NCBI GenBank assembly: GCA_035533655.1
Contig: DATLTJ010000031.1
Location: forward strand, 2,490-66,489
Direction of reading: 5' to 3'
From: Candidatus Acidiferrales bacterium
GTDB taxonomy: Bacteria; Chloroflexota; Dormibacteria; Aeolococcales; Bog-877
Length of the DNA stretch: 64,000 bases
Part shown: positions 9,884 to 18,196 of the stretch, in pieces
How the letters are laid out: every line of letters starts with the position of its first letter
How positions within the stretch are numbered: the first letter of the stretch is position 1
Program-made: the position numbers and the translations under genes
The notes under the pieces: model-generated
Seen by the model: the letters and a program-made list of their open reading frames with translations, nothing else
Database searches by the model: none
Told to the model about the DNA's origin: nothing

Positions 9884-10618
9884 CTAGCTCTCCACCGGCT
9901 CGGCCGCAGCTTCGGGGTCGGGCCTGCCTGAACCGGCCTTCCTCCGGTTCACTCTCAACGCTAGGGTCCCGTTGGTGATGATCGCGGTGCGCGGCGCCCG
10001 CTTCGCCACCTGGGTGTCGTGGGTGACCACCACCAGGGTCATGCCGCGCTCCTTCCAGAGCCTCTCCATGAGGGCGACGATCTCCCCCCTGGTGACCTCG
10101 TCGAGGTTGCCGGTCGGTTCGTCGGCCAAGATCACCTTGGGCGCCTTGACCAGAGCCCGGGCGATCGCGACCCGCTGCTGCTCCCCGCCGGAGAGCTCCG
10201 CTGGGAAGTGACCGGCCCGATCGGCCAGTCCCACATCCGCCAGGGCGGCAACCGAGCGAGCTCGCCGGGGGGCCGTCGGGATCTTGAGGGGGACCAAGGC
10301 CGCCTCCACATTTTCAGCCGCCGTCAAAGTCGGCATCAGGTTGTAGTTCTGGAAGACGAACCCAAAGTTCTGGGCCCGCACGTCCACCAGTTGCGACTCG
10401 GCCAGTGCGCCCAGGTCGTGGCCGTCGAAGACGACGCTCCCGCTGGTCGGCCGGTCGAGCCCGCCGAGGAGGAGGAGGAGGGTGGTCTTGCCGTGGCCGG
10501 TGGGTCCCTGGACGGTCAGGAACTCGCCGTCCTGGAGCACCAGACTGATGTCCTTGAGTACGGTGACCTTGCCCCGCCCCTTGGGATAGACGCGGGAGAG
10601 CTTCTTCAGTTCGTACAT
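9884..10618 (-). CDS. ABC transporter ATP-binding protein (MacB/LolD/FtsE-like).
   Basis: Walker A GPTGHGKTT, signature LSGGEQQRVAIARAL, and Walker B ILADEPTGNLD. Confidence 0.85.
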   Translation of the reverse strand: MYELKKLSRVYPKGRGKVTVLKDISLVLQDGEFLTVQGPTGHGKTTLLLLLGGLDRPTSGSVVFDGHDLGALAESQLVDVRAQNFGFVFQNYNLMPTLTAAENVEAALVPLKIPTAPRRARSVAALADVGLADRAGHFPAELSGGEQQRVAIARALVKAPKVILADEPTGNLDEVTRGEIVALMERLWKERGMTLVVVTHDTQVAKRAPRTAIITNGTLALRVNRRKAGSGRPDPEAAAEPVES

Positions 10619-10622
10619 CAGC

Positions 10623-12110
10623 TCACTCCACCCGCCGGAGCGCCTCGGCCGGCTGCAGGCGGGCGGCGCGCCACCCGCCCAGGATGCCGGCGAGCAGGCC
10701 GCCGGCGACCGCCAGGGCGACCGCCAGCCCGAAGATCCCCAGGCTGAGGGGCGCGGTCAGGTGAAGGGGGATGGTGTGGGTGGCCGGCGCAAAGGTGTGG
10801 GTGAACGACTGGTGGGAGGCACCGGTGCCAGTTCCCGATCCACCCCCAAACCCGCCTCGGCCACCCGGCCCAAACGCGCCCGCAGCACCGGACCCGAGCC
10901 CGGTCGCCCCGACCGTCGCGGTCAGGGTGGGGGCGACCTTGGTGACCAGGAACGCACCCAGCACTCCGAGCCCGATCCCCAGAGCGCCGCCGATCACCCC
11001 CTGGACGACCGACTCGCCCAGCACCTGACCGACGATCCGGCGGCTGTGCCAGCCTATCGCCTTGAGGGTGCCGAACTCCCGCACCCGCCGATTCACCGAG
11101 GCGGTGGTGAGCAGCGCCGCGAGCACGAAGGCGGCCAGCAACACGAGCACCGCCAGCCAGACCCCCAGCGAATCGACCAGGCTGGCGGCGGTGCTGATCG
11201 AACCGGTGACCTGACTGGCGAGATCCGCAGCGGTCGTGACCGTGGCCTTGGGCAGCAGGTGCTGAATTTTGGTCTGGACCGCCGAGATATCCGACGCACT
11301 GGCGGCGGTGACGTAGATCGTGTTCACCTTGCCGGCATCGCTGGCCAATTTCTGGGCCTCGCTGAGCGGCAGGTAGATGTCCTCCACCGAAGCGGTCGCC
11401 GAGGTTGAGACGAGCCCCAGCACCGTGAGTTTGGTGCCGGCGACAGTGACGGTGGACCCGGCCTTGAGCTTGTTCTGCTTGGCGTAACTGCTGTTGACCA
11501 GGGCGAGCAGCTGGTCGCTGGAGGACGAGCTCTGCTGCACCCGCTTGAACCAGCTGGAGACCACCTTGGTGCCGGAGGTCAGGCTGGAGGAGCTCAGGGG
11601 ACCCAGCCCGGGGTCGTCGGCGTTGACGCCGCCAACCGTGAAGGTCGAGACGCTGAACGGCGTTGTCGACGCGGAGCTGGAGCTGGAGCTGGGCGCTCCT
11701 CCGCTGAAGGTCCCGGTGATGTGGATCGAGCTCAGGTTGAGGGCTCCCGTCGCGCCGGCAACCCCCTTCAGCTTGGAGATGGAGGCGACGTCCGTTTCGG
11801 CGATCGTCGTGAGCCCCGCCGCGGAGCTGAGCCGATCTCGGCTGAAGGGCTGCCCCGGCGCGCTGTGAGTTGACGCGCCGCCGCGGAAGTGGATGCCCCC
11901 AGCACTTCCCGGGGTGGCCGTCTTGGTGACCGAGATGTCGGTCCCGACGCCATAGAGGGAGTGGAGGACCTGGGCCTGCGCGGTTTTCACCCCGGAGGCA
12001 GCCGCGGTTACGGTGATAACCAGGCCGACGCCGAGCGCCAGCCCAATCGCCACCACGCTGGCCGAGCGCGCCCGGCGGCGCAGTTCGCGTCCCAAGTAGC
12101 GGAAGTACAA
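10623..12110 (-). CDS. ABC transporter permease, FtsX/MacB-type, with a large extracytoplasmic domain.
   Basis: C-terminal FtsX domain with 3 TM helices after an ~250 aa periplasmic domain. The start is assigned to the TTG at 12110 (MYFRYLGRELRRR), which is the typical N-terminus. The ORF in the track runs further upstream through an Arg-rich, non-protein-like stretch. Confidence 0.7.
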   Translation of the reverse strand: MYFRYLGRELRRRARSASVVAIGLALGVGLVITVTAAASGVKTAQAQVLHSLYGVGTDISVTKTATPGSAGGIHFRGGASTHSAPGQPFSRDRLSSAAGLTTIAETDVASISKLKGVAGATGALNLSSIHITGTFSGGAPSSSSSSASTTPFSVSTFTVGGVNADDPGLGPLSSSSLTSGTKVVSSWFKRVQQSSSSSDQLLALVNSSYAKQNKLKAGSTVTVAGTKLTVLGLVSTSATASVEDIYLPLSEAQKLASDAGKVNTIYVTAASASDISAVQTKIQHLLPKATVTTAADLASQVTGSISTAASLVDSLGVWLAVLVLLAAFVLAALLTTASVNRRVREFGTLKAIGWHSRRIVGQVLGESVVQGVIGGALGIGLGVLGAFLVTKVAPTLTATVGATGLGSGAAGAFGPGGRGGFGGGSGTGTGASHQSFTHTFAPATHTIPLHLTAPLSLGIFGLAVALAVAGGLLAGILGGWRAARLQPAEALRRVE

Positions 12111-12300
12111 ACAGGCTCCTGGTATTGGATCTCGGCGCCATCCGCCAGACCCGAAGTACAGCCGCTGCGACTGAGAGTGACCTCGGGAGGGGCTGAGAGT
12201 TGGCTGTGCCAGTCGAGTTCCGCCCCAGCCGGGCCGGGTCACTACCTTTGGGGCCAGGGGCCCGAGGTGAGGCCCACCGCCCAGCACAGGAGGTGAATTC

Positions 12301-13230
12301 GTGGACACGCTCGTGGCGAACGGGCTCTGGCAGATCGACACCCTCCTGGGCGGCTGGGAGAACGTCAACTCGGTCTTCCTGATCGAGGCGGACCAGCCCT
12401 GCCTGGTCGAGACCGGACCCCAGCGAGACGTCGATCAGGTCCTCGAGGGACTAAGTCGCCACGGGCTCGGGCCTGACGACCTGGCCTGGGTTGTCCTCAC
12501 CCACATCCACCTCGATCACGCGGGCGCGGTGGGCGAGATCGCCCAGCGGTACCCCGGGGCCAAGATCGTCTGCCACCCCAAGGGGCTGCGCCATCTGGCC
12601 GACCCCGACCGGCTGATCGCCGCCGCGGCCCAGGTCTATGGTGCCAAGCTCGATTCGCTCTACGGACGGATGACCGCAGTCGACCCCGACCGGCTGGTCG
12701 CCGCCGAAGACGGCGGTCGGATCGACCTCGGCCAGGGCCGAGAGCTGGTGCTGGTCAATTCACCTGGCCACGCCAAGCACCACATCGGGGTGTTGGAGGC
12801 CGACTCCGGGGTGCTGCTGGTCGGGGACGCGGTGGGAGTCAAGCTGCCGGGAGCCGGTCCCCTCCGCCCGGCCACCCCACCCGATGACTTCGATTTGGAG
12901 CTGGCAGTCGGCTCACTTCACAAGTTCCTAGTGCTGCAGCCCCAGCAGCTGATCCTGACTCACTACGGCTCCGCTGGCCCGCCGGAGGAGGTCCTGCGGG
13001 AGGCCGAGGAGAAGCTCCGCACCTGGGCCACGATCGCCCAGGACGCCTACCGAGAGCAGCCTCAGCTCGATCACATCGAGCAGGCGCTGCAGGACCGGCT
13101 GGAGACCACCGGGGAGGGCGACCCCGAGCGGGGCCTGGCCGCCGACACGCTGAACGGCCTTCACTCTAATGCGGCCGGACTTTTTGGATGGCTGGAACGA
13201 AAGGCGCGATCTCAGCCGGAACTGGGCTGA
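12301..13230 (+). CDS. MBL-fold metallo-hydrolase.
   Basis: HxHxDH motif VLTHIHLDHAG. GTG start with an AGGAGG Shine-Dalgarno 7 nt upstream. Confidence 0.8.
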   Translation: MDTLVANGLWQIDTLLGGWENVNSVFLIEADQPCLVETGPQRDVDQVLEGLSRHGLGPDDLAWVVLTHIHLDHAGAVGEIAQRYPGAKIVCHPKGLRHLADPDRLIAAAAQVYGAKLDSLYGRMTAVDPDRLVAAEDGGRIDLGQGRELVLVNSPGHAKHHIGVLEADSGVLLVGDAVGVKLPGAGPLRPATPPDDFDLELAVGSLHKFLVLQPQQLILTHYGSAGPPEEVLREAEEKLRTWATIAQDAYREQPQLDHIEQALQDRLETTGEGDPERGLAADTLNGLHSNAAGLFGWLERKARSQPELG

Positions 13231-13386
13231 GCTGGCTTCCGGCCCCAGCCCCAACGGACCCCACGCGGACCGATCAACCGGACCAGATGTGCGTTTGAGG
13301 TTGCGGGCGGTCGAGTTGGTGAATACAATGCGCGTGATCGCCCGGCTCTGGAGTTCGGGCTCTACTTCCAGCGGAGGGGCACCAAG

Positions 13387-13536
13387 ATGGCCGTTACCGG
13401 CTTTTGCATGAAGTGCAAGACGGCGCGGGAGATTTCGAACCCCCAGCCAACGCAACTAAAGAACGGCAAGCCGGCTACCACCGGTACCTGCCCCGTCTGC
13501 GGAACGAAGATCTTCAAGATCGGGAAGGCGGCCTGA
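13387..13536 (+). CDS. 49-aa zinc-ribbon protein (DUF5679-like, actinobacterial).
   Basis: MAVTGFCMKCKTAREISNPQPTQLKNGKPATTGTCPVCGTKIFKIGKAA. CxxC...CxxC pairs. GGAGGGG Shine-Dalgarno 7 nt upstream of the ATG. Too short to appear in the ORF track. Confidence 0.55.
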   Translation: MAVTGFCMKCKTAREISNPQPTQLKNGKPATTGTCPVCGTKIFKIGKAA

Positions 13537-13585
13537 GGGCCCTCTCACTCGGCCCGGGCCTCGCCTCGGCGAGGGTCCGGCGCTG

Positions 13586-15013
13586 GTGAGCCCGACAGAC
13601 GATCTGGCGTCGGCCATCCATAGCCGGGAGCGAGCTCTGGTAGACACGCTCACCCGCTGGGTGGCCATCCCTTCGATCAGCACCGGCACGGAGCACACCG
13701 CGGAGGTGCGCCGCTCAGCGGAGTTTCTGCGCCAGGAGGCGCTGGAGGCCGGGTTCACCGTCGCCGAGGTCTGGGCCACGGCGGGTCACCCGGCCGTTTT
13801 TGCCGAACGAATCGAGGACCTGAGCCTGCCCACCGTCCTGGTTTACGGCCACCACGACGTTCAGCCGGTCGATCCGGTCGTGGAATGGGAGAAAGCGCCC
13901 TTTGAGGCGCTGGAGAAAGACGGACAGCTCCTAGGCCGCGGCACGGCCGATGACAAGGGCCACCTGGTGATGCACCTGGAGGCGCTCCGCGGCTACCTCC
14001 AGGCCCGGGGCAAACTCCCCATCAACCTCAAGCTGATCGCGGAAGGCGAGGAGGAGGACGGGTCCGAACACTTCCAACAGCTGCTGATTGATCACCGGGA
14101 CCAATTGCAGGCCGATGTCGCGGTGATCTCTGACACGGGGATGCCGGCGGAGAACCTGCCCGCGTTGACGGTCAGCCTCCGGGGTCTCGCCTACTGGGAG
14201 CTACGCGTCGAGACGGCCTCGACCGACCTGCATTCGGGGGTCTACGGGGGAGCCGTCCTCAACCCGATCACGGTTCTCGCCGAGATGGTGGCCAAGCTGC
14301 ACGACGCCGACGGCCGGATCGCCGTACCTGGTTTCTACGACGACGTGGTAGCGCCCAGCCAGGCGGAGCGGGCGGAGATCGCAGCTGTCCCCTTCGATGA
14401 GCGGGAGTTCGCCGCTCAGGCGAACGTGGTCCTCGGCGGGGAATCCGGTTTCACCACAGCGGAGCGACGGACCGTCCGTCCCACCATGGAACTCTGTGGA
14501 ATTTGGGGCGGCTACCAAGGCGAGGGCTCCAAGACGGTGATCCCAGCGAGGGCCGCCGCCAAGCTGTCCACCCGGATGGTGCCCAACCAAGCGGCCGAAC
14601 GGGTTACCGAGGTCGTCGAGGCGTTCCTGCGCCACATCACCCCTCCGGGCGTTCGAATCGAGTTCGAGATGATCTCGAACGGCCGCTGGGTGGTCAGCCC
14701 GACGCAAAATCCGGCGGTGGGCGCCGCCGCTGACGTTCTGGCGGAGGTGTGGGGAGAAAAGACGCGGTACATCCGAGAGGGAGGCAGCATCCCGCCGGTG
14801 GTGTCGATCGCTGAAGAGCTCGCCGTACCCTGCGTGTTGCTTGGAGTAGGGCTGCCCGGGGATCGCATCCACGCCCCCAACGAACGGGTGGTCCTGAACC
14901 AGCTCTTCCGCGGGATGCAGGCGGTGGGACGACTCTGGGAGCGCTACGGCGAGATGGGTAAGGCCGGCCTTAGTGCGCCGCCGGAGTCACCAGCTCCGGG
15001 ACCTCCAGTGTGA
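13586..15013 (+). CDS. M20-family metallopeptidase (dipeptidase/ArgE/DapE family).
   Basis: HHDVQPV, GRGTADDKG and EGEEEDGSEH metal-ligand motifs, plus a dimerisation-domain insertion. Confidence 0.8.
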   Translation: MSPTDDLASAIHSRERALVDTLTRWVAIPSISTGTEHTAEVRRSAEFLRQEALEAGFTVAEVWATAGHPAVFAERIEDLSLPTVLVYGHHDVQPVDPVVEWEKAPFEALEKDGQLLGRGTADDKGHLVMHLEALRGYLQARGKLPINLKLIAEGEEEDGSEHFQQLLIDHRDQLQADVAVISDTGMPAENLPALTVSLRGLAYWELRVETASTDLHSGVYGGAVLNPITVLAEMVAKLHDADGRIAVPGFYDDVVAPSQAERAEIAAVPFDEREFAAQANVVLGGESGFTTAERRTVRPTMELCGIWGGYQGEGSKTVIPARAAAKLSTRMVPNQAAERVTEVVEAFLRHITPPGVRIEFEMISNGRWVVSPTQNPAVGAAADVLAEVWGEKTRYIREGGSIPPVVSIAEELAVPCVLLGVGLPGDRIHAPNERVVLNQLFRGMQAVGRLWERYGEMGKAGLSAPPESPAPGPPV

Positions 15014-15683
15014 AGTCTGATGCCGGCCGCTGGGTGAACAGCACGATCTGATCCCCGGGTTCGAGCGGCGTGTCAGGAGGTATCTCCCGGCCGTCGCGCA
15101 CGATCAGGAGCAGCCGCTCCGCCGCCAGGTCGGTGATCTCGCCCGCCTTTCTCCCGACCGCCTGACCCACCGGCACCGTCACCCGCACCAGCGAGGCCTC
15201 GCTCCCACCCATCGGGATCTGGAGCACGTCTCCGTGGCTGGCGAGCCCGCTCTCGATCACTCCCAGGATCAGTTCGGTCGCCGACACCGCCACGTCCACG
15301 CCCAGCTGGTGAAAGAGCTGCACGTTGCGGGGGTTGTTGACGCGGGCGATCGTCCGAGGTACCCGGAACTGGCGCTTAGCCAGCTGGCAGGCGATCAGAT
15401 TGTCCTCGTCGTCACCGGTCACCGCCGCCACCACATCAGCCCGCTCGATGCCGCTGGAGGCGAGAAAGGCCATCTCGTCGCCGTCACCGACCAAGATTGA
15501 GCAACTCCCGAGCTGAGCCGCGACCAGCGCCGCCCTCCCGGGTTCCTTCTCGATCAGAGCCACCTCGTACCCGCCTTCGAGGAGATGGCGGCTCAGATAG
15601 AAGCCGACCTTGCCGGCCCCGACCACGATGATGTAGGCGGGCCTCTCAGGCACCTCCCGATGCCCCCGATGCGGCCACCGCAT
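14970..15683 (-). CDS. trkA: Trk system potassium-uptake protein TrkA (TrkA-N plus TrkA-C).
   Basis: Rossmann motif IIVVGAGKVG, then a C-terminal RCK_C domain. The true start may be an internal GTG. Confidence 0.8.
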   Translation of the reverse strand: MRWPHRGHREVPERPAYIIVVGAGKVGFYLSRHLLEGGYEVALIEKEPGRAALVAAQLGSCSILVGDGDEMAFLASSGIERADVVAAVTGDDEDNLIACQLAKRQFRVPRTIARVNNPRNVQLFHQLGVDVAVSATELILGVIESGLASHGDVLQIPMGGSEASLVRVTVPVGQAVGRKAGEITDLAAERLLLIVRDGREIPPDTPLEPGDQIVLFTQRPASDFTLEVPELVTPAAH

Positions 15684-16107
15684 GGCGCGCCCGATCGGCT
15701 TCGTCCGGACCGCTCTCGAAGAAGGTCCGGGCGATCGCCGCGCCCACCACCGTCGGGCAGAAGGTGTAGAGCCCGATCTCCCGGTAGACTCGCTCGCGGA
15801 TCGGATCGTAGATCCTGGTCATGACCCGGGGAATCTTGAAAATCTCCCTGGCGACCTGGGCCGCCATGATGTTGCGGTTGTCCCCGTTGGTGACCGAGAT
15901 GAAGCAGTCGGCCTTGTCAGCGCCGGCCTGCTCCAGGATCTCCTGATCGATGCCAGTTCCCAGTACAACCTGGCCAGGGAAGTTCTCACCGAGCCGATCG
16001 AAGGCCCGCCGGGAGATATCGATGATGGCCACCTCGTGGCCTTCGCTGGCCAGGTCTCGGGCCAACGTGGACCCCACCCGGCCGCAACCGACGATCACGA
16101 CCTTCAC
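15646..16107 (-). CDS. TrkA-N (RCK N-terminal) domain protein, second of a ceoB/ceoC-like pair.
   Basis: VKVVIVGCGRVG Rossmann motif. The GTG start at 16107 was chosen so that the protein begins at the domain. Confidence 0.7.
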   Translation of the reverse strand: MKVVIVGCGRVGSTLARDLASEGHEVAIIDISRRAFDRLGENFPGQVVLGTGIDQEILEQAGADKADCFISVTNGDNRNIMAAQVAREIFKIPRVMTRIYDPIRERVYREIGLYTFCPTVVGAAIARTFFESGPDEADRARHAVAASGASGGA

Positions 16108-16398
16108 GGCCGCGAGTATATCCCCGATCGGAGAGGCGGTTTTGCGCTTCTCTGCGTCATTGCTGGCGCTTGCTCGGTCACCGAGCCTTGGGCCGTTCAA
16201 TAAGGGGGACCATCCCGGAGGGGGATCGGTCCATCGGCGACCCGTGCCCGCTCCGAAAGCTGCAGCGTGCGCTCGAAGGCAGACCAGTGCCGCTCGAAGC
16301 GGCGACAATGGCTCTCGATGACCTCGAGGATCTTCCGCTCCCGGCCAGCCGGCGCGCCGACCGCCGAGCGGGCCGGAATACTTTGGCCGCGCCGGATC

Positions 16399-16839
16399 GT
16401 GGTTCCCGTTCGCGGTGATCCGGCTGACGAGGACGCCCTCAAAGCCGCCTGTCGGCTGGCCCGGCCGGCCAAGGCGGACATTCTGGTGATCACGGTGCTC
16501 GAAGTGGCGCGCAACCTGCCGCTCTCCGCCAGCCTCGGCGATGAACTGGGTCGGGCTGAGGAGGTGCTGGTCGGCATGGAGGCGGTCGGCTTGAGCCTTG
16601 CGTCTAAGGTCCAGACCACCGTGCTCCAGGCCCGGGAGGCAGGACCAGCGATCATTGACGAGGCGCAGCGATGGGAGGCTGACCTGATGGTCGTCGGTCT
16701 TGGCACCAAGGCCAGATTCGGCGAGTTCACCCTGGGGCGGACTGGCACCGAGTTACTCAATCACGCCCACTGCCGCCTGATCCTGATCCGCGCTGCCTTG
16801 CCCGAGAAAATGTTTCCGGTGCGGACCGAAATCTCCTGA
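16399..16839 (+). CDS. Universal stress protein (UspA family).
   Basis: RIVVPVRGDPADEDAL, then LMVVGLGTKARFGEFTLGRTGTELLNHAHCRLILI. The start is uncertain: GTG at 16399 or ATC at 16396. Confidence 0.7.
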   Translation: MVPVRGDPADEDALKAACRLARPAKADILVITVLEVARNLPLSASLGDELGRAEEVLVGMEAVGLSLASKVQTTVLQAREAGPAIIDEAQRWEADLMVVGLGTKARFGEFTLGRTGTELLNHAHCRLILIRAALPEKMFPVRTEIS

Positions 16840-16879
16840 TCTGACTCGGACTGGAGGGAAGCCAGTCCCCTGGGGCCGG

Positions 16880-17470
16880 GTGAGGACCTGAGGAACGAAG
16901 CCCGGGCCCGAACCAGGTGACCGGGATCGCCCACCGCGCAGAACTCCCGAATCGAGTCTAGGGCCAGAGCGGGAATCCCCACGTCGACCGTCTCCACCCC
17001 GAGCCGGGCCGCGGTCATCGGTCCGAGGATCGAGCCGCCGCGGACATCCCCTCGGCTGACGTAGGGCGGGAACGGGGTCCCCGAGGACCGACAGTCCGCC
17101 ACGAAGGCTGCCGCTCCCACTGCTCCGGTGGCGTAGCGCAGGCTGGAGTTGCGAAGTGCGCCCCCATTGACCTCGACCCGCAACTGCCGCTAACTCAGAT
17201 TGCTGGCGTTCGGCTGAGGTCGGATCCGCAGGTTTGGGTTGTCGGTGTGTGCACCCCCCAGTCGGAACACGGCGCCGCCGGCGATCTGGTTGGGGGGGCA
17301 GAAGATCGGGGTGCCTCCTCGGATCAGGTAGTGGCGTCCACCGGGTGACCAGCTGGCCGAGCCTTTGACCTGGGTGGGGCCGGCCCGTTCCAGCATCCGG
17401 GCCGCCGCGACTCACGCGTGGAAGGAGTCGCCGAGGCATCGCTGAACCGGATCAGCCTGTCGGCTTCCAC
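16880..17470 (-). pseudogene. M18 aminopeptidase (apeB-like) remnant.
   Basis: N-terminal fragment: LIRFSDASATP | FHA* | VAAARMLERAG..GRHYLIRGGTPIF..GGAVFRLGGAHTDNPNLRIRP. This matches M18 (..SPTPFHA..GGRYYVTRN.S.I...GFRLVGAHTDSPCLRVKP) but carries a frameshift, an in-frame TGA and an in-frame TAG. It is then fused to only the last ~50 aa of M18 (GGSILGPMTAARLGVETVDVGIPALALDSIREF). The middle ~250 aa, including the metal ligands, are missing. Confidence 0.6.
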
Positions 17471-17531
17471 GTGGGAGTTGACTTCGGTCGCCCGAGGCTA
17501 CTTTCCAAAGGAGCGTTTGCCCCTGGAACGG

Positions 17532-18155
17532 TCAGCGCCCTGCGCGGTCACGAACGCGCCGCCGCCGGATCCAGCTCCAGACCAACCACCCGAGGACTCC
17601 GACAACCGCGACCGCGACCGCTATCAGAAAGGCTCGGCCGCCGACCCGCAGGATGTCGTGGTAGTGAGCGCCGACCAGGTCTCCGATGGACAGCACCGTG
17701 ATGCACCAGAGGAGTGAGCCACCAACCATGGCGGGGTAGAACACCCTGGGAGGAATCCCCGCGATCCCGGCGGCGTAGGAGGCGACGTTGCGCGCGATCG
17801 GGAGCACCCGCGTGAGGAAGACGCCGACCCCTCCTCGGCGGCGCATCCAGCTCTCGGCACTCTCCAGCCGCTCCCCCTTGATCCCCACCCGCGCGGCGAT
17901 TCTGGCAACCACCGGTCTTCCCAGACGAAGGCCCAGGTTGTAGGAAATGGTGGAACCGATGACGGCGCCCACCGCGGCACAAGCCATCGCGGGTGCCAGC
18001 TGGACTGTCCCCTCGTGGGCGAGGAATCCCACGGTGAGCAGCACGGCCTCGTCCGGGAGCGGAACGCCCACCGATTCGGCGGCCAGCCAGAACAGGAGAA
18101 AGCCATAGACGCCGACCGCCGGCAGGTGGGTCAGCTGGAAGAGAATGTGGCTCAG
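17532..18155 (-). CDS. DedA/SNARE-associated family membrane protein.
   Basis: Conserved DedA motifs LPLPDEAVLL and GVGVFLTRVLPIARNVASYAAG. The first TM helix (LSHILFQLTHLPAVGVYGFLLFWLAAES) lies upstream of the only canonical start (GTG at 18071). The in-frame region opens 3 codons after a TAG, with CTG at 18155 and ATT at 18146. Confidence 0.6.
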   Translation of the reverse strand: MSHILFQLTHLPAVGVYGFLLFWLAAESVGVPLPDEAVLLTVGFLAHEGTVQLAPAMACAAVGAVIGSTISYNLGLRLGRPVVARIAARVGIKGERLESAESWMRRRGGVGVFLTRVLPIARNVASYAAGIAGIPPRVFYPAMVGGSLLWCITVLSIGDLVGAHYHDILRVGGRAFLIAVAVAVVGVLGWLVWSWIRRRRVRDRAGR

Positions 18156-18196
18156 GTTGGCCTACCGCCGCACGCCTGGGTCGCCCGGCCGGACCG

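Noticed and set aside
10623-12368. N-terminal 85-codon extension of the ABC permease ORF (to 12368).
   Set aside because: The extension is Arg/Gly/Pro-rich (PRRVSICQSP...GWRRDPIPGA). The canonical permease N-terminus MYFRYLGRELRRR starts at the TTG at 12110.
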